From positions 372,001-436,000 of the forward strand of contig NW_026932328.1 of assembly GCF_032062105.1 (NCBI RefSeq): a stretch of 64,000 bases of DNA, given 5' to 3'. The notes beneath the pieces were generated by a model. The model was not told the DNA's origin. It worked only from the letters and a program-made list of their open reading frames with translations, and made no database searches. Source of the DNA: Saccostrea cucullata (Eukaryota). Numbering within the stretch: position 1 is the stretch's first letter; the number at the start of each line of letters is the position of its first letter. This document shows positions 49,055 through 62,829 of this stretch, piece by piece. Made by a program: the position numbers and the translations under genes.

Positions 49055-51829
49055 TACATGTATACTAGTATTTAGTAAGAATACATTAATCTTTTAAGGT
49101 AGTTCCATCCTCACAATTTTTATAGTTCAAAGTACAAAACTGCATTTATTTTCATTTAATGTAGTTTACATTTACCAATTATTGCAAAAAAGATATGCGT
49201 TTCCATATTATTTAAGATGAGAGACATATATAAACAGAGGTATAGGTCAAAATAAAAAAAAATCGTATATTTTTTGGTAAACATTATTATTAAAATCATG
49301 TAAAAACTGGTTCAAATGCATAATTCTAATGTGGAGAGTTCAAAAATACTTTCTACTTATAAGAAACTTTTGAATATCAGGGGCACGATCTTACTTTAGA
49401 AATACAATAAAGAATGAAGATACTTTAGAAGGAGTTATTGCCCTTGTCAGCATTTTTAAAGATTGAATTATTGATTACATGTAAAATAAAAAAATATACA
49501 TTGTTTTCAATTCTCTTCTTAAAGAATATTTATCATCACACCTATTAAAAGCATTTCCAAAAGACATTGTTCTATTGGATACAGTTTTTGCAAAAACCTA
49601 CGACATCATACTAGGATGGAAATATCTTAAATAAAGAATGAATGCAACATTTATTTTAATATCAAAATAGCATAGAAAATTTAAACTTTTAATTGATTTT
49701 TTGTGATTATAATCAGCAAACTAAAGTTCTTAAAAAACTGGAAACCTAATAATGAATAAGACCTTTGGTTTTTGGAGGGACTCATCTTGAAAAAACGACG
49801 AGTTTAAATTAATTAAAATAAATGTCCAACTTTATTAAGTTATTGTTATTAAATTGTTTTTTAACAGAAGAAAGCATGATCACTGAAGAAAATGAGATTA
49901 TGTTGAGTTTCCTAGTGAAGAGGATAGTACTTATTGATTGTAAGCTATGGTGTATAAATTCATTTCATTTGTGTTACTCTGTTTATATAAATAGAGTGAC
50001 ATATTTACAATACTTGAAATGATTAAATGTATATAAAATTGTCCCCACATAGTAAAGTTTCAGATGTGTTCAGTTCATGGCTGTATGGAATATGATGTGA
50101 AAATTCGGAATTTTTTAGATTATGAAGCATACTAGATATATGTACATATAGTTGTTATTATTTCTAAATTAACCAAATTATTATTTTTTGTCAATATTTT
50201 ATAGCAACATGTTCTATTAAGCAATACACCACAAGGAGTTTAATTTTCATTTGAAGAAGCCTTATATTTATTATATTCATAAGCATAATTTAATACTTTT
50301 GCAGATCACATCAACAATGAAAGGATTCAAGATCTTGCTGCCCTTGTGTAACACTCAGGTCAAAACGTTACCTAAAACATAAAAACAATGCTTATTGAGT
50401 ACAATTTATCATATTTTAGTATTTTTATTCCATAGTTTATAAGTTTGTTATATATGTGCATGTGGTCATTACATCGCCATTTATGAATTTACATTTTTTT
50501 TCTCTAGACATAAAGCGACAGATTACCAAATAATTGAGTAAGATGAAAATGGATAATCATCAAACTGTTCGATGTTATTTGTTTATAAGTTAATTAGGAA
50601 TATTGTAATGCATTCTCTCATAAAATTTAATGTAACAACATCTGAGGACTGCAGGAGTTATTCTCCTTGATGCTTATTTTCATTGAAAAAACAAATCAAA
50701 AAGATTTTTATCAAATGAATCTATAGTGCGTTAACATTTTATTTACAAATTACAGCTAAATAACTTAATATAATTTTTATTGTAAGCAGTGGAATTAATC
50801 TTTAAAGTAAGAACATGATGTACATATGAAATTGGCTTTGTGTGGGTAATGTATATACGTTTACATGTATTTTTTGTTATGGAAATTTCACAATCAAACA
50901 TTCCTTTCCATAAATAATATAATTTAGACAATATTTTATACTGAATAATCACAAAAGTATTGGGCAGCCTTAGTTAGTTTATCAATTCTTTACTTAGATG
51001 TTTAGAATATAAAAATCATAGGCATCAACATGTACAAGGCATGTATATTTTTATTAATATAAATTATTTGACTTACTATAAAAGTATATGAAATGTTTGA
51101 ACCAATCTGAATCAAATATTAAATGGATGAATTGTTTGTGGTGGGTTTTTTTTACATACAATTTTGCCTTGCTGAAATGCTCTTTATCTTAAAGAAAACT
51201 ATATTAAAGAAAAGTTCATAGAAATGCATAATTTGTGATGGAATGTAAATTGTAAATATTTTCTTTTCAATTTCTCAGAATTATTAACTTACAATAATTT
51301 TTTTTATTTTGTGGCAGTCATTGTTCACGGTCAAACAAAATTTTACTTGTTCGTGGGACGTCATTTATATACTTGTTTGATAGATTCAATGATTCAATAA
51401 GTTTATAAATTGAACGTGTGTGGGGATGTGAATTCAAAGGTAAGTGTGACACATACCCATAAACATTCCGTCCACTCATTACTTCATAAGGAATATTCAA
51501 GTGGTCGTGCAGTTGATTTGCCTGATTCATGTCAATGGGAAATGAAGATTCCATTGACAAATATAAGATCATATTATAGCCCTTTGGCTCACTGATGCTT
51601 GTATCATACATTTTGGTTTTTTGTTGGATAGTTATTAGTAACTGATATTTATAATCATGCATTTTGAATGCTAGGTGTCATTGAGTAAAAAAGATTTTTA
51701 AGAAGTAATACATGTATTTATTTCAAAATAAACCTAACCTCTCATTCCCTTTTACCAATAGATACTTAAATACAAATTTAGGTTAACTGTTCTAAAGAAG
51801 AAGCTTAATTTTATACGTGGAGATAACAG

Positions 51830-52445
51830 TTTTCAAGCTCAAAATTCCATTTAACAATACAGAATAGAAGCAGAGCAAACACAGACCTCCAAGACATCAG
51901 AGTTGGGATCAAGTGGCATGGAGGAGTGAGAATCCCCTGCTGATTGGTCACTCCTGCCGTGTGTTTCTTGTCCTGATCGGAAAATGACAAAAAATCCGTG
52001 TGTAAATAATGTCCTTAAAAATCAGTATGAAAAACATCAGTCAGCATTAGACTTAATGGTATATTGTATTTGCTGACATTGTCAGGTCACTGTATCGACC
52101 ATAGAACTTCCGAAATGATGACTTTAAACGAGAATGCCAATTCTCTTGTTTCAGAAGGAAACGTGTAGATGGTCGTTATATTAAATGGCCTTAGGAAATT
52201 AGACCTAGCATTTGGTTTGAGTTCCATACCATTTCTATAGGTCTTTGTTTTTATACTAAATTTGACAATGGAAACTTACCTCTACCTGATCAATACGTAG
52301 GGTCCAAGGGGGTTATCGATCAACGGGGGATGCTTACTCCTCCTAGGCACCTAATCACGTCTCTGGAATTCCAGGGGTTCCTGTTTCTGCCCTCCTCACT
52401 AATTTGTATTGTTTAACTTTTTGCGATCGATCACTTTTCGTTACA
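51830..52445. mobile_element. Two oppositely oriented 3' fragments of the Penelope-like family
   Basis: 51830-52150 (-) and ~52250-52445 (+) both carry the 'ggatgct.actcctcc..ggcacct.atc' motif. Confidence 0.55.
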
Positions 52446-55199
52446 TAATTATTATATCTTCAATTCTTTCATTAGCAACCTTAAGTTGGCTGACAGTTGC
52501 AGTCTCTACTGACTGACTTTCAACAGCTGTTCAATAATAGTTGATTTATAAAAATAAAAGATTTTTTTTTTTTTTTAAAAATGAGCTCGTTTTAAGTTTT
52601 GAGCCTTTGATCCATACTAATATTATAAAAATTCTAGTCTCTAGAATGTGTTGAAAATAAGAATTTTTATACTAGTATATAAATGTTTGAAGATTAAAAG
52701 CGATAGAAAGGAAATCTAATGAATTTTTATCAAGTATATTTGTCACTCCAGAGGTTCTATTTTATCTACATCATCTTCATTAATCTATACATGTAATGAT
52801 GTCACTGTATCATTGTACATGTATGTATGAAAAAAGTCATCGGACGATCGAGCGTCCACCTCGTGACTAAGAGATCAAGAGTTCAATACCCGTGGAGTCA
52901 GACCAGATAAGAAGTTTTATACAGTGGTCAGGCAGTGAGAGTCATTGGTTTTCCTTATCTGCGTTTAAAAATCAATTCGATTTACGTCAAGTTAGGTGAT
53001 TCGACTACAAATAAAGACTTTAACCGAATTGGCAATGGTCAAAGCAAGATGTTGCGTAGATTCATGTATAAGAGTGAGTAACTATAGGGAGGATGATGAC
53101 ATCCTCAAAACTATATGCTGATAAACTCTGGAGAAAATATACTTGTACAGTATATGCTTCAGGTGATTATGCTTATAATGGAAACAAAATGATGCTTTTC
53201 ATTATAGCTAATTTTTAAAGTAAATACACATATATAACCTTTTATGTCATATAAGAGAGTTTGTGCGCCATCTTTGTATCAAAAGCAGTACTACTGGAAT
53301 TACAATATTAATGATTCCACCTGCTTGGATGTTAGGATGAATAATAAACTTACAAAATTTTAGATGATATAAATATTATAGCTCTATCAACAAACTAGTA
53401 ATTCTCATATTCATGGCTCAAGTTTGAGCAGGTGTGATCACCAAGCACTGTGTCTCCTCATTAATAACCATAATTTAAATAAAACAATGTCTAATCGCCT
53501 AGGTATGGTATTCTCTCATCTCCTTTATTTCTGTAGCAGAACAATCAGTCATTGTTCATCTTCCAGATCTTTTAAGGAGTAATTATTCGGCTTAATGAAA
53601 TACTAAGTACTTCTGAGAAACTTAATTAGCATTTATATGCCATATATCTTCTATCTTCACATTCCGGTTTTCATTGCTAAATTTCGTACATGCATAGGAG
53701 AAGCACAATTGAAAGTTAACTACATTGTAGAAAGGAGATTTGTACGTTAAATGGTACTAATTTTGTACTTTCCATAGAGCTGCAATGCATATATAAAGAG
53801 GGTTATTTTTGTCCAATAAACATGTTTAAAAATATGAAATTTTTAGAAAGTAAATATTTGTTTCGAGAAAATGTTAATATAAAAGACAACAACAAATGGG
53901 GGAGGAGAAATTGAGACATAATAAAAATATATTCCTTGGCTTGAGTATTAAATTGAGGCCTATATAATTATTTTGCCTGTTTACTTAAATTTCAGCATAA
54001 GATGCTTTTTTTTTATTTTGTTCAAATACAGATAGCTGAAAGTCTTTTAATATTCAGTTTTACGTACAGTAAAGAAGAACAGCATATACAACATATATTA
54101 TACAGGGAAAATGCGGAAAAGTTTATCATTTTTATCATTATTGAGAAAGTGTTTGCAAAATTTAAGAAGTTAGGTAATTTAAAACGCATCATATTTTAAA
54201 AGGGATGGACTTGCATTCGCAGCTAAAAAGCAAAATCGATTTATTTTAGTTCTGTTCAACATGTTACTTCTGTATGTGTATTTTTTTTTACCTTTATGCA
54301 ATCATCACGTGAGCAAACATGCTTTAATTTCCATATGTACACATAAATTTATGATCATCTGCTGTAAAAACATTCAAACCTTTTAACCTGCCATCGTACA
54401 TTTCTCTTTGTTGTTCTGTGTAGCTGATAATTGCGTTATAAGTTTGTCAAAAGTTATATTCACTTTGCCTATTTAAGCCTTATTCAAAGTCGTACACAAA
54501 CTTAAAGACACATGCATTAATTTGTGATGAAATGACGTGTATTGATAGGATGACCCACAGATTGCCAAATCAAATCATATTAAATATTATCATGATAAAA
54601 TTTGTTCAGATCGCACCTTGATCTACAGAATTTCGTCTTAGAGTAGATTTTATATAGGGACATTTAGAGAAAGTATAATACATCGTCACATCAAACACTC
54701 CCCTTCTAGTCAATCCCTCTTCAATATTATACCGCTTCAAGGAATGTGACCCATAAAATTTTTACCTCCCTCACTTAATATGCCACTCCCTTTAAATATC
54801 ATTCTGCTTCAAAAATGTGACCACATCCTTTTTCTTCATTACATGGATATAAGTTTTGTGTGTTAATAGAAAGCAAATTAATTACATTATGACTATTTAT
54901 AATACATACACGTACATCGCATCGTATTTTTCAATAAGATTCGAACAGAATTTCTACATGAAACATGATTATTATTTGCTTGAAGTCCAAGGTTTTTTTT
55001 TTTTATAATATTATAGTTATTCCACATAAAACGACTAAAATACATGTATTATCTCCTAAACAAACATAATTTTCTTTTCTTTTTTCAAATATGCGCATCT
55101 ATCAACTCTGCGCTTGACAGAATACTGATATGTCATCTGAGTCAAATATGAATTTCAGTTTACATTTTAAGAGTTTTAAATGAAATATATAGAGGTAAG

Positions 55200-56260
55200 G
55201 GACAGTTTTCAAGCTCAAAGGTCCATTACAACAATGCAGAATAGGAGTATATAACAAACATGGACCTCCAAAATATTAGAGATGGGGTGAGGTGCCATGG
55301 AGGAGTGAGCATCCTCTGCCGACCGGTCACTACCGCCGTGTGCTACTAGTCATGATTGGAAAATAACGGGAAAATCCGTCGATAATTCAGTGTGTATATA
55401 ATGGCCTAATAATTGGTATGAAAAACTTTAGCCAACTTAATGATAAATTGTTTTTGCTGACAATGTAATTTTATCGACCACAGAATTTTCATAATGATGA
55501 TTTTAAACGAGACTGCTGATTTCCTTGTTTCAGTAACTTGTTTGTCAATAACTGGCCTCGTTTTAAAAATTGTTCATACATAGAGCATGTTCTAGCGTAT
55601 CGAATTAAATGAGAGATATAAACCACGTATACAGGTGCTGAAGTAGCTGCAGATCTGTGGCGTTATGGTTTTATATATTTGTCTTATGGTCAAAGACAAA
55701 TATATAAAACCATAACGCTACAGACCTGCAGCTAGTGCTGAAGGTATATTGATGCGTAAGAAAGAGAAAATGACGATTAAAAAGTAAGAGTCATCAAGTT
55801 TTACTTTTTCAAGGAAAATATCTTAATATGAAACAGATATGTCAGACTCTGTGGTATCTTTTATTTCAAACTCCCCGGGATATTTGGAAATCGACATTAG
55901 AATGGAAATAGCCATTGTTAATTGTCAGTAAATCGTCAATATATCTAAATGTCGAGTTAAATGCCACAGCAATTGTTTTCTTTTTTATTTTAAATACTAC
56001 TTTGGTGGAATGCGACCGAGATTCGAATTCACAACTACCTAATCACAAGTGAGCGCTCTCCTGAATGAGCTTCCTATAAGATTTTGGTCAAATTCTGCTT
56101 CATATGAATACAAAAACATGTCTGCTAATGACGAGGCGCAATTGGTACCCGTGGGAATCCCAACAGACTATTGGAAAACCGGTTCTCCACTAACCACCTA
56201 GATTTTGTCAATCAGAAACTCGAGCATCTTTTTTACATCAACTTCAGAGTACTTGTGCGT
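55200..56260 (-). mobile_element. Penelope-like RT pseudogene fragment
   Basis: The minus strand encodes GIPTGTNCASSLADMFLYSYEAEF (~56160-56090) and FNSTFRYIDDLLTINN (~55960-55915; catalytic YIDD). It is disrupted by deletions and insertions. Confidence 0.75.
55644..55734. mobile_element. 91-bp hairpin element with perfect 9-bp TSD (AcademH-like non-autonomous)
   Basis: Arms TAGCTGCAGATCTGTGGCGTTATGGTTTTATATATTTGTCTT / AAGACAAATATATAAAACCATAACGCTACAGACCTGCAGCTA. GTGCTGAAG is duplicated at 55635-55643 and 55735-55743. Confidence 0.88.
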
Positions 56261-59200
56261 ATAGTTCTATGTTTCCTCTCCTTACAATCAGTATTATTTT
56301 GACCTGATTACTGTTCATTACTATAATGCTCTAAGCTTTCTTTTTTTTTTGGGGGGGGGGGGGGTTAAAAGACACAGAAATCATAATTATATATTATTCT
56401 AGAAAATTATGTAGTCAATAAATTTCTTTACAATTTCTTCCAATTCTCAAACTTTTTTGTATTAAATACACATGTACATAGCAAACTTTTATTTTACTCA
56501 GATATGAACGATATAAAGGGTGTTAAGAAAGTTCATTCCACATTTTTTCTTCTATTTTCGAAAAGAAATACGATGTGAAGTTATTGACAATTTGTTATAT
56601 TTTATGTTTACAGGTCCATTCTTGCTACTGATAAGGTTTAAACTGTCTTTGATAAGAAGAGGGCAGATATTAAAACAGATGATGTCTGTACAGAGAAATT
56701 AGGTATGACGCATATTTGTGACATATATATTTAGCATACAGGTCAAAACATCCTTTCAAATACCATGCAAAAACTATCAAGTCGGTGAAAAATTTTAAAA
56801 TGACAAACTTATTCTTTTTAAAAGTGATCTATGGTTCGTATACCTACACTTATCAGCTTGTCTGCTGCAAGATAAGCTATGAAAAAACAAAAGTAAATTA
56901 TCCTTTACTTTCACTCAAAATGACCAGCATTTCTATCATTCGGGTGCTATAAAGATTTCATATATATTTTCATATGGAAGAAAAAGTCCTATAATTTCCT
57001 GCTAGAAATGAATTGCTATAAATCTAAAGCACACTCTTGCGATTTTGTCAGACTTGAAAATTCATCTCTTTTATTAAGCACTACTTTGAAATTTTTGAAA
57101 ATATTTCATCATGGAACGAACTTTTTTAACACCCCTTTGTATAGTTTAATTTTTTATCACTGTTAATGCCAGATTTTGTGTGTGAAAGGGAGTCAAAAAA
57201 CGCATTTGTGATAATTAAGCTGAAATTTCAAGCATTCGGCCATTTCATTCATGAAAAGGAAATGTCAGCGTAAGATTTATTACCCTCCTGGCCCGTGTAC
57301 TGAACGACACCTTGTTAAATTACTTAATACATGGTTACCATAGCTTCATCAGACGATTCAGAATACCCCGTCATTCAATAAGTAGGAGTCACTTTCAAAA
57401 AAATAAATAAAATTAAAATGTATAGGTAAAATACAAGTTTTGATTACTAATTGCTTGAAACTGTTAATAATAGTTATCGGTTTGTGTATTATTACTACAT
57501 GTACTACATTCGGTCACACAATCTGAATATAATATATCCGCCTGTGGCTTTTACGGTAGAGAAAAAAACATAATAATTATGTCAATAGCTGGATATTCTA
57601 ACAAGAAAAAAAACACATATGACCTAGTTGTCCTCCAAACCATTTTTTGTTTATGTTTTGAACACCTTGCATTGAGAACTTTTTAAACTCTTCAAAACAG
57701 ACTCCATGCAGTAAACAACCCATCATGTACAACTCAAGAATATCTTAAACAAAGCAATCTTGGCTCTAATATAATAACATTGAGTCATTTGGAGGGACAA
57801 ACCGAGGAGTGCCTGACCTGAAAAGTTCGTTGACCCAATTGCCCCGCATAAAAACAACCCAGTAAAACTCTATATATTTGAGAAAAATTGTAGACTCGTC
57901 ATAGACATTTACTCACGCAGAGAAAACACATCGGTAAGTTTGATTGCTTGTCATGTCACGTTGGCTTAAGAAGGTATTTCATTCTTAAAACTGAGAGTCA
58001 GTGAGGTACATTCGTCCTTTATCTTTTACCTTTGGAAAATAAATGTTTCATTTTACCTTTAGATTTTTTAGAATAAAAGGTCATTGAAAGAGAATTAAAA
58101 CGCGAAATAAAAAAGATTATAAAAGAGAAATTCTCCCCTGTAAGAATATTTATTATTAATAAAATTTTTAAGTATTTGTCTTTTAAAACATTTTGATATT
58201 TTTTAAAAATGTTAAACCATGAAACACTTGAAAAAAATATCTTTTAAGAAGAAATCTGTTTTCAAATTCTGATGATGAAATGAGAATGTTTTAAATATTT
58301 GAATAAATAAAATCTTGCATCATGCTTTACAAAGACAAAACTGAATAAATTAAAAAGAGGACTTTTTACTTTAAAAATTATTGAAATATACATATATGTA
58401 CAAAATGCAAAGATTAAAATAACTTTTGTTTTGGTTTTTTTTTTAGATTAATCACTGTTCGTTATCTTCATACTATTTATATGTACATGTATTCGATTTA
58501 GTTTTGGAAAGGACATGATTAAATATTTGTACACAAAATTTTATTAATTTACTAAAGACCTTTTTCAAAAAAAGAAAAAAAAAAAAAGATTGAACACATT
58601 GCAATATTTTTTCTTTTTGCACAATATAATTACAAAATAGTTCTTTTTTTATGTTTCAACTTGTATACTTAATAAATGTTCAAGGCACATGTTGTATTCA
58701 GCAAAAAGGCATCCTGTTATAGACGGTTGACTATTAATTTACCACATTTTTTCTCACCAAGTCAATGAACTAAACATACACAACCTCAGGGGTGCTATTG
58801 GGATAAACACACATAAACAACATTGCGATGTCAGGCAATTCAAACAAGCCATGTATTCATTATTCATAAAAATCTCGTAAATCTAAATACTTATCAGTGG
58901 TTTTCTAGAATATTTCTTCTCTAAAGCAATTGCTAGTAATGTCAATTTCAAAGAGCTTTAACTTTCCAACAAACAACAACAAAAACGCATCTTCCTAAGA
59001 GAGTAATTTAAAATTCTGGCCTTTCCTCAATAACAAGGTTCAGCTTTCTGGGGCATTGTCCGTAGAGTTCATTGACCTGATTACCGAGCATGAACGGATA
59101 CTATTAACATGTAAATGTTTCATAAAGGAATTCATTGTCGGAGCACATTAAATATATTGGACTAAAAAAGATAAACTGAACTATTTCTTTTTTCAAAGCA

Positions 59201-59787
59201 ATTTTTATACATCAGTTAAGCATTGTTAAAAAACAAACGTAACAGTATATTTCTTGTTAACAACCCCTTTATGCATGTTTCATCAATAAAACCAAAGTAT
59301 ACACAAAAGGATTCTATTTTTAACTATTAAAATTTTATATTTATACTAAAATGAATCAATAGAGATAAACTTAGACGGCACGTGCGTGAACCCTTTCGGG
59401 GACCTCGTCCGTAAGGTTATTGGCCTGATTGCTGCGCACAAAACAGAGTAACTGCGCAAAATAACAATTTATTCTAAAACTGTGTAACGCGTTGCCTTCA
59501 TTCTCAAACTCAGAGGCAAATCATACACTTCGGTAAGTTTTCACAGCATAAGTTTAGTTGCCTCTTTTATTTCAAATTTTCCACTTTTAAACTTAAATGA
59601 CGATTAATATTATGCAATTAATAATCACATTTAAATAGTTGTAGTTTTCAAATGTTTTAGATATATAAATTTTAGTTTGCGTGTTGTTTAAAGTTGTATG
59701 AACATTTCCCCCCAAAAACTATCTCTGGCAAAATTGTTTCTTAAAATATAAAATGTAAAAAAATAAATAAAAAGGTAAGAAAAAAGC

Positions 59788-59900
59788 ATTTCTAGGAGCG
59801 TTAAAAAATTTCTAGAACCTTCTAGATTGGAAGGCTATAAAATTTCTAGAAACTTCTGGATTGGAAAGATCTCTCGAATCTTCTAGAAATTCTAGAAAAA
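59788..59900. promoter_or_regulatory. Cluster of heat-shock-element-like nGAAn inverted repeats
   Basis: TTCtaGAAccTTCtaGAt (59810-), TTCtaGAAacTTCtgGAt and GAAtcTTCtaGAA all fall within ~110 bp, ~1.1 kb upstream of the LEA-like ATG. Confidence 0.55.
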
Positions 59901-60955
59901 TGATGTAAAGGGACTTAATTCTGCATGCTCTTCAAGTTTACGACTCGCCTAAGAATATACATGGGGTTGAATTTCTTAAAAGAAAAAGGGAAGAACAAAA
60001 ATTAAATTAAATATATATATTTTATTGAAATATTTTTTTCCCTTTTATCATGTTGAAAATAAATATTAGTTTTCTTTTTTAAAATTTTACTGTGAATTAT
60101 AAACATTGATTATTAATTCAAATTATATCAATAAGTAATGAATAATATTTAACATATGGGAAATAACTGAAGAAAGTCACACATCTATTCCACGGGCAAA
60201 AATTGTGTTACTTGCAACACGTTAAACAACAATTTAACAAAGAATTTGGGACTTTTTTTCTTTTAATTTTGAGATAAAGTTAAGAAATATTTTAGTGAAT
60301 TAAAAAAACAGAGAAAAATATATCGTTGTTTTCGAATAAATATCTGATATCAAATGTGCACCGCTTTAATCGATAACTGATCTAAGCAATACAACCCAGT
60401 GACACAAAAAATGAAGCTTTCGTAACATGTTATTCTTTCTTCCCATTGGCTATGAATAATCAAACCTTAATTGTGATTGGCTGAATTTTGGCGCTTTGCA
60501 AAACATGTGTTGTACACAATACACGAGTAGAATACAGTACAAACAAACAAAGAAATTCGACTAAGGTTAAAGTAATAAAATCCCCGCGTTTTGCATCTAG
60601 GTTATCAACCAGCTTTTAAGTGTCACGTGTTTTTTTTAGTGCCAATGGACTAATATTTAATATCTACATCACCTTGACATTTTTTAATGAAAAAAAAAAA
60701 CGTAAATACAACAGAATCAGAAGAATAAAACAGGCACATTTTAATGTTTTCAAAACTACATGTATGATATAATAATTATGAACTTAAAAGTACTTAGGCA
60801 TATATTTCCTATTTCTGTTATTTGCCACGTCTATATGTCATCATATTAATAGCTTATGTTGTTTACATATATACGTATTTAATAAGCAGAGACCTTAGAA
60901 TATTTAATAAAATATTTTAAAATGATACATTTCTTACACAGAGTAGTTAACAGAG

Positions 60956-62829
60956 ATGGCTGACAATAGCAAAGATCAGAAGGTGCGTATATTGCATTCG
61001 GTAGTTACACGTAAAATATGTAATTTGTTTAAAGTAATCAGGCCGAATCACAATTAATTTGTACAACATGTACCATACATGGACACAAATATTTTGAAAG
61101 TTTATCTTTTTAAGAAGTGAGAGTAAAAATGTATTGAGAAAATGACTTTGTTTCCTACATTTCTTTTATGTCAGATAGCAAATGTACTAAACATGAACAT
61201 TGTATGTAACGTGCGTATTTTTAACTGAAATATTTTTTAATTATATATGTAAAGGAACATCAGAATAAATAACATTTTATTATAACTTGTAGCCCGGAGT
61301 CTTGGGCAATGTATCTGAGAAACTTCAGGACGTCGGTCACACTGTACAAGAAAAGTTAGAGCACGCAGGACAAGTCATCTCAGATGAATATAACAAAAGA
61401 ATGGTAAGCAGTCATGTAAATTGTATTTACAAATATTTTCAAAAGAAGTGTGTTTACAGGTCACAAAAGTATAAAACCTGTGAAATTTCAAAGAACGAAG
61501 TAATAACAGCAATTATTCTCAAAAATGCATTTAAACCCTAAACTATTGAGTCGAGAAAACTCTTACCTCAAAAAACAGCAGAAATGAAATCAAATTCCTT
61601 GAAGGAGTAAGCTGTCATATCAAGTTTGTCGTATCCACCATGGTTTGTTAGGGTGAACGACAAATCCATAGTCAATTCAATATATAGAAATTATGGCCTA
61701 CCAGAAATACATGTAGACTTAGTTGTGAAAGGATATTTCCAAGTGAATCTGTCAAACTGTTTACATTCAGCATATAAGGCAATATATTGGGTTCTAAAAG
61801 ATCTCCTTTACTCTTTTAGCATCCTGAACAGCAAGAAAAGGACAAATCTAAGGTCGAAGGTTGGTTTTAATGGCAAATTATATTCCTTGTGATTAAAAGT
61901 TATTCTGCATTTCTGAGTCGAATTTTGGCCAAGCTAGTCATAGGAATAAACAGTAAGAAAAATATTTACAGTATAAAGAGATAAATCATTTAATTTTTTC
62001 AAATGATCTTCTCAGAAATAAAAGATACAGTTAAAGAAAAGGCAGATGCTGCCGGAAATAAAGTCTCAGAGGAATGGAACAAGCGAATGGTAAGCTACTC
62101 CTCTTGGGGCAGGAAACAAGTTTTAGAAAGAGTCCAAATTATCTGTTAGATGACTGAGTGTAAACAATTTGACAGATACATAGAAAATATATTTTGCCAA
62201 AAGAAAATTCTTTTTCTAAAAAGGGTTTTTACCTGTTGGTCTTTCTCCACCAATTCCCTTAAGAGGCTAGCAAAAGTATAATGTGGAAAATTTTAAGTTC
62301 AAGTTCAATAATAATGAAACCACAAAAATTAAAAACAAAATAATTATACTTTTTTTTCAGTTAGAGTAGAATTATAACTATGATTTAATTCATACAGAAT
62401 CTTGAAAAAGTAATTTTTTTTATTTTAGCATCCTGAAGAGGAGAAAGAGGAGAAATCAAAAACAGAAGGTATGGTTTAGACTCTAACAAATACAAAAAAA
62501 GTATGATTCTTTGTTGTTATCTATAATAATAGTTACTTTCGGTCATATGTATTAAATTTTGAATCTTCGATTTATAGAGGTAAAAGACGCAGTTAAGGAA
62601 AAAGTAGAGGCTGCAAAAGATAAAGCAGAGGAGGTGAAAGACAAGGCTTCAGAGGAGTTGAACAAAAAAATGGTAAGATGGTGGTTTACAGTCAAAGGCT
62701 TCTGTCACACCAAATGATGAAAACAGACTTTTTAAGAAATTATACTCTTGTTTCAAAAAATGAAAACCATATGATTAATTAATACAATAACCTCTTTTTG
62801 TTTTATAGGGTTCAGATGAAAAGAAATAA
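60956..62829 (+). CDS. Small hydrophilic LEA(group 3)-like repeat protein, 135 aa
   Basis: Exons 60956-60982, 61293-61403, 61820-61859, 62016-62089, 62429-62468, 62578-62672 and 62809-62829 are all GT-AG and in frame (408 nt). Translation: MADNSKDQKPGVLGNVSEKLQDVGHTVQEKLEHAGQVISDEYNKRMHPEQQEKDKSKVEEIKDTVKEKADAAGNKVSEEWNKRMHPEEEKEEKSKTEEVKDAVKEKVEAAKDKAEEVKDKASEELNKKMGSDEKK. Confidence 0.8.

Noticed and set aside
51318-51662. 114-aa ORF on the - strand and nearby exon-like segments at 50.2-51.4 kb
   Set aside because: No recognisable motif and no consistent splice chain could be built. The region may include the last exon or UTR of trefoil B, but this cannot be resolved from sequence alone.
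56002-56072. Minus-strand tRNA-like sequence ending in CCA inside the RT relic
   Set aside because: The stems do not pair convincingly; at most a decayed SINE or tRNA fragment.
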